A stretch of 64,000 bases of DNA from Lingula anatina. Lineage: Eukaryota; Animalia; Brachiopoda. Below, piece by piece: positions 1-13,050 of the stretch. Every line of letters starts with the position of its first letter. The stretch's first letter is position 1. The notes under the pieces are model-generated. The model saw only the letters and a program-made list of their open reading frames with translations, was not told the origin of the DNA and made no database searches. Position numbers and translations under genes: made by a program. The stretch covers positions 7,130,001-7,194,000 of the forward strand of contig CM120642.1 in NCBI GenBank assembly GCA_051362555.1. Direction: 5' to 3'.

Positions 1-1439
1 TGAGGGAGTGGCATACCTGTCCAGGTAATCTAATAGCTTCTCTTTGATCATAGAAAGTGATTATGACTCCATTGATGTCACAACAGTCTCTGGGTTTACT
101 GACAGATATCATCAAGAAGACACTAGTCATATTTGGTCAACAAAATGCCACTATTATCTTCAACTGTCTTTGAGAATACAATACTTGGTAACCTGAAACC
201 CTTTTTCCTTGGATATACACCAGGGATCAGCTTGAAAAACTTTGGCACCGATTCCACATAATTACTTAAGACTGAAAATTGGTCTTAAATTTTTAGACTT
301 AAAAATTTGGTCAACATTAATCACATATCACATATCCTTTTGTGTAACATGTTTATAGTATGTTTATGCTAAATTTATAATCACACCAAGGTTTATCTCA
401 TTGCTTAGATAGAATATTTTAGGAGTAATTTTACTAGTACGTATGTTCATTATATAAAGATTATTTTTTCCTTCACAAATGGTTAGGCAACATAATACCA
501 ACTAGAGAAATGGTAATGCACTAACTGTATTGTATCATCATTAGTATATCATATTGTACAAGGTCATGACAATCTATGTACCAGTACAGAAATAAATTGA
601 ATTGAATTGAAAATTGAATTAATTCAGGATAAATTAAAAGGAGATATATTAAATAATTCAACTTTTGATCTTATTATTAGCCAGCAGTCATGTCTTTCTT
701 GTTACAAATCACTCCATCTCATTGAACAATTACTGATGTAGCTTCAGTCAAAGTAGACTTCAAATTTCATTCTCAAAGATCAGCCCAACTTTCACTGTAA
801 AAAGTCATTTTGTGAAAAAGGCCATTGTTTTCCTATATCACGTGAGCTACTGAGCATCATCAATGAGAGGGAGGGTGGATTCTCCATACTGATAATATTA
901 CCTAACAGCTGTGGAAGGCATCATAATGTGCCAGGTACCATTGATGATGTGGTGTTTGATGTCTTATCAGATTGCAGTTTAATGTGAACCTTTAATCATT
1001 ATGTATCTTTATGTAATGAATGGGAATCTCATGACAGTTAAGGGATATCTGACATGACTGACCATTGCTGTACAGTCAAGGCCAAATGAGATGTATATTG
1101 CAGACATTACAAATTGTAGTCCTATTTCTCACAAAAAAAAAAAAAAACAAAAAAAAACATGCAAACTTGTAAAGGAAACTCACAGAACAATCAAGTATTG
1201 TTCTAAAATGCAAAGCATACAAGCCTTATGTTAACTCCAAATATTTTGGAAAAAAAGTCTTTAAATACTGCTCAATTTGATTTTCAATGTATTCTTTTAT
1301 CAGCCATGTACCAGCAAAGTGTACTGTACAATCTATTGTGTCAGAAATATTTAGAGAACAGGTCAAACGCTAAGCTCTTGAACTGTTCTCTAAGGACTTC
1401 TAACCATTTTATGAATAGGCAGACCACAACTAAGCATAC

Positions 1440-1521
1440 CTGAACAAAGACTGGATGGAATCTCGATCCAAAAAGTCGTGATCTTGCTCGGCAGAATCAA
1501 CATCGATGGGAAACTGCAAAT
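1440..1521 (-). CDS. DLC1: DLC1/STARD13/cv-c family RhoGAP, constant SAM-domain exon B (82 nt, phase 1->2): (D)LQFPIDVDSAEQDHDFLDRDSIQSLF(R)
   Basis: Acceptor ttcttgttcttcag, donor CAG|gtatgc. The peptide matches the DLC1 SAM segment recalled as FPIDISLVKREHDFLDRDAIEALCRR. In frame with the 5004-5075 exon across a 3482-nt intron. The symbol denotes the family; the exact paralog cannot be assigned. Confidence 0.95.
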
Positions 1522-1780
1522 CTGAAGAACAAGAAGCAGAAACTGAACAACATGAAATCACAAACGCTTCTGTGTTAAGCAAGTAATATATGTTCCACTG
1601 GCTGGCTGCTGCAGTAGTTGTATTGCTCTGCTGACACCGGTTCAGTAATTTGCAGGCCAGACATCATGTGTTGGGTTGGTTCCTATACAGAGCTCATGTT
1701 ACCAGGAGCCATACAATGGATCAACAGTTTGGCAGTCTGGAAGAGAAGTCACAGGGAACTGGATATTATACAAAATACTT

Positions 1781-1784
<4 letters not shown>

Positions 1785-1847
<63 letters not shown>

Positions 1848-1928
1848 AGGTAGGGAAGAATAATATAATATAATATAATATAATATAATATAATATAATA
1901 TAATATAATATAATATAATATAATATAA
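1785..1928. repeat. Compound microsatellite (TG)31 + (TAATA)13
   Basis: Direct reading: TG 1785-1846, TAATA 1861-1928. Confidence 0.97.
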
Positions 1929-4900
1929 GATCAAGACAGTTGCCCTGAATTGCTATGCTGATAAACAAAATGAAATACTACAAATAGACAACAGACATTT
2001 TATCCAATAATATTAGTTCTATAAACAAATAATATATATTAGTTTAACATATCCAAAACATAGTACATGACTCTCATAGTCACATTAATTGACCGATATA
2101 AGGAGTACCTCAGAATTTTCCAATTAATACAAACCAAAGAACAGTCTACATATACAGGCTGTAACAACATTCAAAAAATACCTAATTTCTCCAAGAGACA
2201 CTGCTTTTCCATTTAAAATAAAGCTAACTACCCTACCTCATACAGTAAAACACGACTTTACCATAAAAATCCAAGAAAGAGTAGGCTGTAACATTTTTTA
2301 AATCCTGCTGTAAGTGAATAGGAATTTGATCTTCCTAGAGCTTTTTTTTATTCCAAGCCCACTACTTCCGGAGACAGAAGCCATTATGGATTAAAGAAAA
2401 AATTCACACTTAAGTAAAAGCGACTGTGTGTGGCTCCTTAGTACCCTTCTGTTTATGTTGTTTATTGATGCCTGTTTATTTTGGCTTGTGATGCACAAAC
2501 ATCTAACCTGCACCTCGTGGCTGCCTCTGGGTAAAAACCGTCTAAAAACCACCAGAGTCACCAAACTTGGCAAAATGGCTTCAGCCTGTACAATGGTACT
2601 AATCTGTCAGGAATACTTGCTTATTTTATGAAACAACCCTCTGTTGTTTTTGTAGATCTAGAGGAATTTTTCTGCGGTTATGCAGAACGCAGTGTTCAAT
2701 TGCCCCCCCCCCCCCCCCCAAAAAAAAAAAAAGAAAGAAATGAACAGTATTTGATTGAACAACAGACTACATACCCCATCTGGAATTGGATAAATCATAA
2801 CCTCATGCTGTAGTATAAATTTTCTTCTAAAACAAAAATGAAGGATTTGGAGAGCAAAGCACAATTCCTGGTTATAATCATTACGAAAATTTCTTCCTCT
2901 TAAATCTTTATCCATTCTTAAACAAAGCTGCCTATTTGGAAAGAAGTAAAGTCCAAATCTTTTTAACAATCATTATAAAACTTTCTTCGTATCTTTCAGT
3001 GGCAATATCCGGTTTTTGAAAATAAAAATGCCTATCTACTAAGAAGAGGAAGACGACTCTTCCTGCAGTACTGAGCTCAGCTTCCTGTCAACTTAAACCC
3101 TAGAACTATATCTGGAAGTGAATTTATACCAAATTTATATTTGGAAGAAAATTTGACGAAAAAATTGATTTGATATACGAATTATATACCGCTTTTATAG
3201 TATCCATACATTGTCACTTTCTAGTAGCTGACGTACGAGAAATATACTGCTTTTTTATTTTATGTGTACTGTCAGAAGACCATGCCACTGAAGTTAAGTA
3301 AGAACAATTGAAATACAGTTGGAATACAACTTGACTCAACTTGCCTTAATGTTAAAGGTGTGACTGTCTGCTATCCCAGTTCCATATGATATAAGATAAC
3401 ATGGCTAAATATAATAACTGTAATCCCAAATCAGCATTTATACCAATAAACTTCAGCAACAAACTCTCACAAACCACAACAAAAGGGCAGTAGTCTGCAG
3501 TGTCCAAACTAACCAAACTGACCATTTAACTGCTCCAGGACTGTCCAGCCAGCTGTCAATCACATGTTTGTAAATGACCAGCTGTCAAACTTCGTGACTG
3601 ACCCCACAGCTACGGAACAATTTCTGACCACTGTTGTGCTCACACTACTGACCAACAGGGATTATATTTAGCAACCAAAGCTGTCAATTTACACTGATAT
3701 TTCTATCACTGTTGATGAAACTTCGCACTCCATCCCTTAATCGGTTCTTAATCCCAGCCGTCCACCCAGATATACAAATATGTGAGCAGGCTGCAGTAAC
3801 AGGGGTACATAGAAACCAATTATCTTGTTGAGAAATAAGAATCAACAATGTAAACTTGATAAATAGTTCACTTATACTGGATAATATTTGAATGTGAAGT
3901 AGCATGGATGTGGTGGTTGGATTGGAGGGGGGGGGGGGGGTAGGTCTGCTGGGGCTGTTTGAAGAACCTGTGTAACTCTATTTTTAAAAACATTTTCTCA
4001 ATTTTTAAGATTAAATACAAACAAATTAAATTTCTGTTTTCACTAAATTGTTTCAGTATTGACTTCTGCTATACTAATATTCAGCTTTTTTTTTTTTTAC
4101 TAAAATTAAGTGTGGGCAGGCATGTGTAGTTGATAGGAAGGATGTAAGAGGGTTCATGATACACACTAAATTTACACAGACAAAGCCTTTCTAAGACTTC
4201 CCTTTGTTTTGAAGAAAATGCACCCTAAGATCATCTAAATCTCACAAATCCTCAAATAAACTGTCTACACAAACACAAATAACATGTTAATTCTTCCCTT
4301 TTTATGTTATAGTTAAAACCAGGAACAAAGGGGATTTTCATTCCAAGTTGACAGAAGGGATATACGAGATGTTTGTTCTTTGAGTAACAAGTCAGACAGA
4401 CATCAGATTCTGGAATTAAGATTTCATTAATTGAGGATTAAGATTTGGTAGTCCCTGGCACTGACTTGACACCCAACCATTTCTGTTGTTTATAAATACT
4501 TTACTTGTGTTACTCGAGGATATAAATAAATAAATGAACATATATATAAATAAACAAACAAACAAACACACAAATAAATAAATGGTAAGAGCAAAAAATA
4601 TCAATTAAATAAAAAGTCAAAAATTTCTTTGGTAAATGCTACATTTTAAATTCCAGTGTTGAAAAGAATCAAGTGTTAAATGCCTAGTCAAAATATTTTA
4701 TAGCAATCTGAACACAGATGGTTATATTATTAATGGTTTTGCTACAGTAACTCTAATTGTTCAATAAAAATGAACTTGAGTGAACAGTTATATGCATTAT
4801 CTTAAAGTAAATATACATTTCAGTTTTTACACATTATGCTTCATTCTTCTTTCTCAAGACACAAAACAAATCTAAGGACTGTCACATTCAAACTGGTACA

Positions 4901-5003
4901 TGTTTAGGGGCACTGATTAAATCATTCTATATTTTTGACATCTACTACCATTACCAACTTTTGAACACCAAATTATTACTCCAAAATTTTTTTAAGGTCT
5001 TAC

Positions 5004-5075
5004 CTTCATACATCTGCGCATACTGTGGGAACCCGGCTGCCTTTAACCACCTACATGCCTCGACTGCTTCAATCT
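5004..5075 (-). CDS. DLC1: DLC1/STARD13/cv-c family RhoGAP, constant SAM-domain exon A (72 nt, phase 1->1): (E)IEAVEACRWLKAAGFPQYAQMYE(D)
   Basis: Acceptor tttgtttttgcattttccag, donor AAG|gtaaga. Near-identical to the family motif IEAKEACDWLRAAGFPQYAQLYED. Confidence 0.96.
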
Positions 5076-5204
5076 CTGGAAAATGCAAAAACAAACGAAA
5101 ACTTAGAGCACACTAACAATGTTGTCTCACATACAAAAAACTTCCAAATAGGAAGCAAGGCACACAGAGCAAACGTTTCACGGCCCGGCCACATTTTAAC
5201 CCAC

Positions 5205-5229
5205 CGGAGGGTCCCTTCAACCTCAACCC
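5205..5229 (-). CDS. DLC1: Candidate 25-nt adaptor micro-exon (phase 0->1): GLRLKGPS(E)
   Basis: Acceptor tgtgtttattttacag, donor CCG|gtgggt, open frame, 129-nt intron to SAM exon A, locally CpG-rich. No homology support recalled. Confidence 0.5.
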
Positions 5230-8200
5230 CTGTAAAATAAACACAATCTGTGTTAACTGTTTTGTTTTTTCACTGGTTAAAACAAGACAACTTCCAGGCA
5301 TGCAGTGCAATGGGCTGCAGTGTGGGAAACGGGATCTTTTATAATACAGGAGTTCTTAGATAAGGGGAACTTAGATGAAACATTTCCTTCCATAACTGAA
5401 AAAGAATAGAAACAGGAGAATTTCATGACAAAATGAGCAAGAATTTTTTTCACTGAATAAAAAAAAAAGATATTTAAGTAAGTCTAAATAAAGCCCTGCT
5501 GGGGATGAAAACTGTTTTGGATTGTGAAGATTTTTAAGACTTTGAAACTCTACTGTCAAACTTTCCTCAAAATGGTTCCTAGACAAAGAAAACAAAATCC
5601 ACTGGTAATGGTTTAAAGATGCAAAGAGACATTAATGGAACAAAAGAAGGACAAATACAGTTAAATACTCCATTACTGAAAATTAAACATAGGATGCACC
5701 AACAACAAAAAAGCACTTAAGGTCTGACCTGTTTTGTTCTGTTCATGTTCTGATATGTTTTCTAGTCTTACTATCAAGACATCTTTGCACGCAGGCAGCG
5801 ATCACAAATATCTGCACTTAACTACAGCAAAGTTCAACTCGAATTCCACTTAAACCATCATTCTATCAAGTGCACTAAACTCCCATTTCTATTTCTATTT
5901 CTGTTTTGTTTCATTTGCATCCCTTTTCTTGACACAGAGCTCTCACACTGGAGTTTCAATTAATTTCACTGCTATTTCAATTTGAGTTTTGTCTCACTAA
6001 CACCTCATTCTTCACCATAAAGATGATGCACATTTCTCACACATCATTCTACTTTTCAAAAATAACTATGACACAGCAAATATCTTTTGACTACAGAAAT
6101 GAAAAAAATACACATGGTACAACAAGAGAGAGAGAGAGAGAATATCTCACTCCTCCACACTACAATCAAGACTGAGATTAAACGCTATCTTCCATGCCCA
6201 TTACTCACTCAGTGACTCACTGCATCCTGCAGATATGGATAGGAAATATGCAGAAATTAAACCAATCAATCTTGTAATTGCCAATCAAGATCCAATAACT
6301 AGGTTGATCCCCATTCTGTGTTTCTTTGATCTCAAAGCAATCAAATTCTGGCCAATGTTAAACTATCCAAGCCAAATTTTGGGATGAAATTGCATGATAA
6401 TGCCTCAACCATGCTTGTGAAAATTTTTGATATTCACTCAATTTGAATTTGACTTTTCTATGTTATATATAACCCAACAGCAGAAATTTATGCAAGCTTA
6501 CACTTTTTATAAAATTGTACACATGGTCGCACACTCTTATGCACATGCACACGCGTGGCATTCTAAAAAACACAAGTCTTTAGTGTTACCACAACACAAC
6601 AATACAAATGTATGACATCTATTGTTTCTCCAAAAGATATAAAAAAAAACAGATTTAAGTCTGAAAAAAACTGCAGAGTATCTAAAAATATTAACAATAA
6701 TCTCTGAAAAGACATTAACTTATTCTGGCTCCTACAATCTGGTAACGGCACAATACAAACTACCCATCCCCTCCTTGCTGCCCTCCCCCGTCTACCACAC
6801 TTCCTTCTTCTTCACTTAACAACTCTGCTTCAAGCCCCATCTTCCTCTCCCTCTTCCTGAATCTCGGCCTCTCTTCCCTGCTCCCTGGTCAGCCCACAGA
6901 GCCAAGCCGATAATTCATATCAGCAAATCTGTCAAACTTGTCATCAAAACTAGCCAGGTTTTGATATAAAAGTGATTTAAGCTCCAGAGAGTCGTTTACA
7001 CACCCAGATTTTGATATAAAACTGATTTAAACACCCAGCCATGTCCACAACAAGAGGTCTTAACCTGTTATGATATCCTGATTTGAGTCAGGTTATAAAT
7101 CTCTCTCATTTTATAATGGCCACATACTAACTAGTACTAAACTCATGAAAACAAACATTCAACTTGCCTTTAGAATCAGACTTGTTGTATTACCTCAGCT
7201 TTCTCTTCTTTGATATATTTACTGTTTGTCCGTCCATCTTAAGGATCCAAAAAAAATAAATAAATAAATAAAAATAAAACATTTTCTGCCACATTATCAC
7301 AATGAAGACCACTCCCAAGGTAGTAAACTTGGTGCATCTACATTTTGACCATAAACTCACTTGATTTTCAGGCACTTTTTCCATTGCTTATAACATGGAT
7401 GTAACATGTAGTAAATCCATACATTTTGAGAGAGAACCATACAATGCTTTCCACATTTTCCCCCTCTAATTTTCATCATACTCCCATGTACTCTGCTGCA
7501 AAAGGTTTAATGAACATCCACACTGCATATTATGTTCAAGTAACCCTAGGCATCTCCACTGCATGTTGCCATTAACATTCCACTCTGATCGTTAGGATTT
7601 GTAACTGTCTTAACTTAATGAATGACGTCTGGACATTGTCATCTCTCCCACAGGCACCTCACACTAGGCCCCAGTGGATGGAATCTACTTCGATCCTACT
7701 GATACCAGTCTTAATTGCAATCAAGTCACAACCCACACAGCTCAAGTCCAAAGGCAGCTCCTACTGTTCCCAAAATGCCAAAAATGAATTTCAAGAATGG
7801 TCAATTTCTGTGTAGGCCTGCCAATGGGAGGACATTTATTTGACATCATTATGACCACACACTAACGGTCTACTGTGTGCTAGTGTGACTGCATCCACTG
7901 GGCACTAGCACTGCTTCATGTTCTTGCCTATCAGTCATTCTAGTCATGGAAGGAAGAGTGGGGTTCGTGCAATATGGAAGGGTCCAGGTTCAGATGGATG
8001 CCTTGTCACATCAGGGACCAGGTGATGCACTGTACTATGCTCCTGCTAGTACCTTTGATTTGGTTGGCTATTTGTTTTTCTCTCTTAACAAGAGTACATC
8101 ACACTTAGTGTGTTAATGTTTCTTTCATAGAAAAAAATTAAGAGTTATTGCATGTACTAAGAGATCAGGGCAAACTTCTAAGTAAAATGATGATCGAAAG

Positions 8201-8490
8201 AGTTAGTGAATATATGGGCAAGTGGGTAAATGGTTTTAAAAATAAATGAATGCATGAATGAACAAGAGAATGAATAAAAACAAATAAAATGATGAACGAG
8301 TAAAGATACACAATTATTCCATATGAATTGCAATAAATCGATGACAAAAAAGTTCTCATTCATCACAGACATTCCTGAGTGTCACTGAGGATTGACAAAA
8401 ACTTTAAGACAATGATTGAAATCTTTGTCAGCTTTCACCTTAGTGTTCTTTCTTCTCTTACATAAATTAAGCCAAATTGCTCACAAAGTT

Positions 8491-8494
<4 letters not shown>

Positions 8495-8549
<55 letters not shown>

Positions 8550-8558
8550 ACTGACTGA
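8495..8558. repeat. (GA)26 followed by (CTGA)3
   Basis: Direct reading. Confidence 0.95.
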
Positions 8559-9008
8559 CCACATTAGGCCATTTGTCTTTGACCATCATGTACAGTTTAT
8601 CAGATATACAATTTTCTTTGCATGACAGCGCTCCATAAAGTTAACATCTGTTGGTTTTCATTACAGCGGACAATAAAAACAGTTATCATTTGATCTTCAA
8701 ACTGGAAGTCTTATCTTTTATTGATCAAATGTTGTTTGTTGAAAGACCGGTAGCCTTCTATGTGATGCATGCTTCAGTGAATAGCCTTAGATCTTTTACT
8801 AGCTTTTAAAAATAAAATCATGTAACAAGGTTAAAGAATAAATTGATACATTGGTCTCCATCCTCACTCAAATATGAGTATCTTCTCCTTTCCTGACAAA
8901 ATATGGCTTTTACTTCAATTATAAACCTATATATCACAGATAGACAAGATTTTTCGTTACCTCCATGTTGAATTATCCATATGACAAATATGTACCATCT
9001 TTACTTAC

Positions 9009-9048
9009 CACGTCGCAGTGCTGACGGCAGCTTATTCCTGAAAAACAT
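9009..9048 (-). CDS. DLC1: Candidate alternative first coding exon (phase 1): MFFRNKLPSALRR(E)
   Basis: ATG at 9048, 13 codons + 1 nt, donor GTG|gtaagt. Joins SAM exon A in frame. Size resembles the short human DLC1 leader MCRKKPDTMILT. Local CpGs are retained. Confidence 0.65.
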
Positions 9049-12000
9049 CTGCCTGGCTTTTTCTCATCTCCTGTTATTTTTTAAAACTGTCGTCCACTAC
9101 CCTTGCAATGCTTACTGGACTTTAAATACATTTATGGTCAACAATAGCTCCCCTTCCAAAGATGCTAATTTTACAGTCACACATCTAAAATCCCTCAGAG
9201 AAATGGCCTGATCTTGATCATCAACTGTCAATAATTCCAAAATCCAGAGAGAGAAAATCCTAAGTTTTCAATTCAACTGTCCACTGATCTGGTACATGAT
9301 ACCCATAACATGTGCTGACCACTATCTCAGCATGGAACTGACCACTGAGTCAGGATTTTCCTCCAACTATGACTGTCAACCGTGGTCATCTATTTAATAT
9401 CAGGATGTGTAGCCCTACTCTATCACCAGAAAGCATGCAGTCATCAAATGTCATTCAGAGACATTCATATGTTATATAATTCTATGAGTTATGTAATCCC
9501 AGAGACACTGTCCACTCAGCTGGTCATTTGTCCAGTGACTTCATCCTATGAGCTGCAGGCTATCCAGATGGCCATTTAGAGCACACGTAGGAAGTGGGAA
9601 ATGACCAATGGTCAGCTTGGTATGCTGTTTGTGTAATTATTGTAAAATAGTCTCCTTCACACCAGTGAATGGTTCCCAAACCATGAGGAGTATCTCTCCT
9701 TCTCTTTCTTATGGACACTGCACCATGACTGAGCAAAAAAGGATACCTATAGCAAGCAAATCCTTCATGTACTTCTAGGTCTTGCTCACTTCAGTTCTTG
9801 TACCTTGATTGAATGGTCAAGCCAATGGTCAGAATATACCTATACCTATCCACACTCTAATTTCAAGGTGCTTACATACATCTAGGCTAAACCTTATCAC
9901 ACTTTTCCAGAGATCTACCAGCTGGTTTAATCCTCCCCACTGCTGGTCTGGCACTCAGTCCCCCTCCACAGTACACTGATTAGCTCATTTATATAGCCAA
10001 CTTGGCCAAGACAATCACATGGCTAATCAGGTTACAGTTAAACAGGAAGCTGCGCCTAAGTAAACACTTGACCACTGGCAAACTACTGACCAATCAAAAA
10101 GGTGCACTCAGCGTGTGTCCAAGCTTTCCAACTGTCCACTGATATATTTTTTCCAACAAAACTGATCTTTTTTTTGTATTTATTTCCTCTTTTTCTTCCT
10201 CCATGGGATATCTGTGAAGTCTGAAAGTGTTGGCATCCTTTTTAATCTGCTCGCTAGGAAAAGGGTACAGGAACTAGTGCTTTTCTCTGTGTGCTGTGGG
10301 TTATAAGAAAAGATACCCTTTTCCACAGAGCCTCTTTTTCAACACCTCACAATTAAAACCCTTCATTAACATTCAGTTCAGCCCAAGTTTCCACTGACAA
10401 CTGATTCACTAGCATGGCTGGTAAATTAATGATAAATAGTGTCTATTATTTGGTCAGATGAGACTAGAGAAGAGAAAAGTATCTGTTTTTCAAGTGGGTT
10501 TGCCTGTATGTCATATCACACACATAAAACTGCCCCATAAGCCAAAGTGACTGTCATGTTTCCAGCTGCAATCAAGTGCTGAACATCTATGGACAACACA
10601 ATATATCATCATTGTGCTACTTTCAACAGAGGACATCTCTCCCACCAAGGGTCTAAGGGTCTTATACCCTAGAGGCCTTAGAGGCAGAATTTCTTTCAAC
10701 TTTTCTCCATTTTTATTTGATTACCTGCATGATGCAGTACATAAGAACTGAAAAATCAGTTTTTTTAAACAAAAATAAATTTTAAAAAAATGGTTAAAGG
10801 TTTAAAAGAGATATGGACCTCAGCCAGTGGGATTATTATATAGTTAACTCATAGGGTCATAACTATCAATATTAGAGATAGCCCTAGACAGCTCAGGATA
10901 TTAAAACCATCTGGACACTGGGAGTGCCAATAATACATAACAAGGGCCTTGTGATAAAACCATACAAGCAAGGCCAAGGATTGCTATCTCATCTACTGTC
11001 TCATCCATGTTATTACATTGATATACATAAAGCTAGCCTTTGGAGAGGATAGCTATGATTTGGGGTTATGGGAAAATAGATCTAGCTGGGCTGTTTCAAC
11101 AGGACTGGATTTTTTCAGGGCTTTATGGAGATGAATGAGAGATATGCAGGATGGTAATATGGGCTTTGGATCTATTTTTTCACTTTATTGCATCCTTTTG
11201 GATTTCTTGACCAGTATTTAAGGAAGGCTAGACACGCCCTGGTAGCTGAGAGAGGAGCCGAGGTGTCTGAGTTGTCATTAAGATGCAGTAGATTTTCTCT
11301 AATCATAAATTATTGTACTACTAACAACAGACTTGCTGAATCCCAATTCAGAAGACTCTCAAATAGCCAAATACATTGATACTATGGCATTTTAATAAAA
11401 ATAAATGTTACTTGTCTTTTTTGATAGATGTGTTATAAATTTAGAGAACTTTTTGCCTTGCTTATCTTTAAATTTGCACTTCCTCTATAGTGATGTATTT
11501 TCCTTGTTTTTCCAGCCCCTGCAGTTTAAGTCATGTTCCGATATGTCGTTCATAACCTAACATCAACTTGACCTTTTTTTCACACTGGACTCCCACTGAC
11601 CAGGGCACCATCCCACTCCTAGATACGGTAATTACTTGATATTTTTGTAGTCCTCACTCATTCCAGTGTATTCATATTTCAAGATTAATCAGTTTTCGTT
11701 ACTCACAAATATGCACTTTCTCACATTAAGCCAAGTCACTTTTCAGAATTGCTGAATCAAATATTCCATGTATATCTAACAAAACATTATTTTGAAGAAC
11801 AAGAATAATTAAATCTTTTAAATACAGAAAGTAATTTCCACAGTGCTGTAAAAACTTCATTATTATTATTATTAAATCAGGGATTGATTTCTGAGTAGCT
11901 TGTCATCATTGATGTATCGAGAACTGTACAACAAATTGGTGAAACAAAAACTGAAAATAAAGGATATCGTGAGTTTTATTTCCTGCATTGAACCCACTTG

Positions 12001-12549
12001 GCATTTTACTTTAAAACATAAAATTTCAGTCTATTCAACCCAAGATAAATCATTAGTAATCCAATAGTATAAGAATCTTAGGCCTGTTTCATTTTTTTTT
12101 CTAAAGCTGATAAATTTTGGGAACTTTATTTCTGTGGACTTCTATAACTTTGCCCATTAATAACAAAATCCCTGGTCTTTGAGCTGAAACCAACTTTCTA
12201 CCCAAATTCTTCTACAAAACCGACCCCAGGTTGGTCAGTAATACACCGGTCAGCGAGGGGGTCAGTCAGAGGTCAGTCAGGACACCTAGGGCGAAAGTCA
12301 AACATTGCACCACAAAACCCCTACTCAGTCTAAGCCCCGTGTTTGTCCACAGTACTGTCCAGGTAAACTATTTGTCACCTATGGCTTCTACAAAGATATC
12401 CATAATCTCCCATAATAAAGATCATACAGTACTGTGCCTCCCCTCCCCTCCCCCCATTGTACTCCAAGCACCTGTTCTATTAGCCAGATTACTAGTATGG
12501 TCAGATTTAGGGTACTGGTCAAAAGGGCCTCAGTGGCCCACTTAACTAG

Positions 12550-13050
12550 TACTTGGACATTGCATACTGTAATTACCTTAATTGTCAAATTCCAGCCACT
12601 TTTCTTTGACCTTAAAATCAGTAAGCCAAACTTCTTATAGACAAATCTGGTCACCTATACTAGCGTCTGGTCTTGTCTGGTCTTCTGCGGACAAACTAAA
12701 CTGTCCAGTTAATTATAGTCTTTGGTCATCTAACTTAAAGACACATTTTCATGTAACATGCCTTGACCATTCACTGTGATACAGTATCCAATGATCACTT
12801 CAATTGTCCAATTCTAGCTTCTTCAGCCTTGGATACTATTACCTAATGGTCAAGCAGTCAGTTAATTATAGTCCTGATTATCAAACTTGCCCACCTTTTT
12901 GTATGGCTTTACCTTGATCATATACTGTGCCACCATGTATTATCTGTCTCTAAATGGTCAAATTCCAGCCACCTTTCTACAACTGTCCTTGCTCATGGTC
13001 AAGTTGGTTAAATAATTACAACATCAATGGTCACTCTTGGACCATTCACA
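12550..13050. repeat. Degenerate tandem repeat, ~152-bp period
   Basis: cagttaattatagtc at 12706 and 12859; ccttgaYcat..actgtg at 12761 and 12912; aatKgtcMaattcYagc at 12581, 12802 and 12953. Confidence 0.7.

Noticed and set aside
1618-1968. ORFs with VCVCVC/THTHTH/ILYYI runs (likewise 39828, 53439, 63460)
   Set aside because: Translations of microsatellites, not genes.
2703-2732. Poly-C/poly-A junctions and G/C tracts (also 31434, 39391, 40985)
   Set aside because: Ordinary homopolymer runs with no TSD or retrocopy body.
7194-7384. MDGQTVNISKKRKL (GAG|gtaata, phase 2) and MEKVPENQ (CAA|gtgagt, phase 0)
   Set aside because: The first is phase-incompatible with SAM exon A. The second is very short with no supporting signal.
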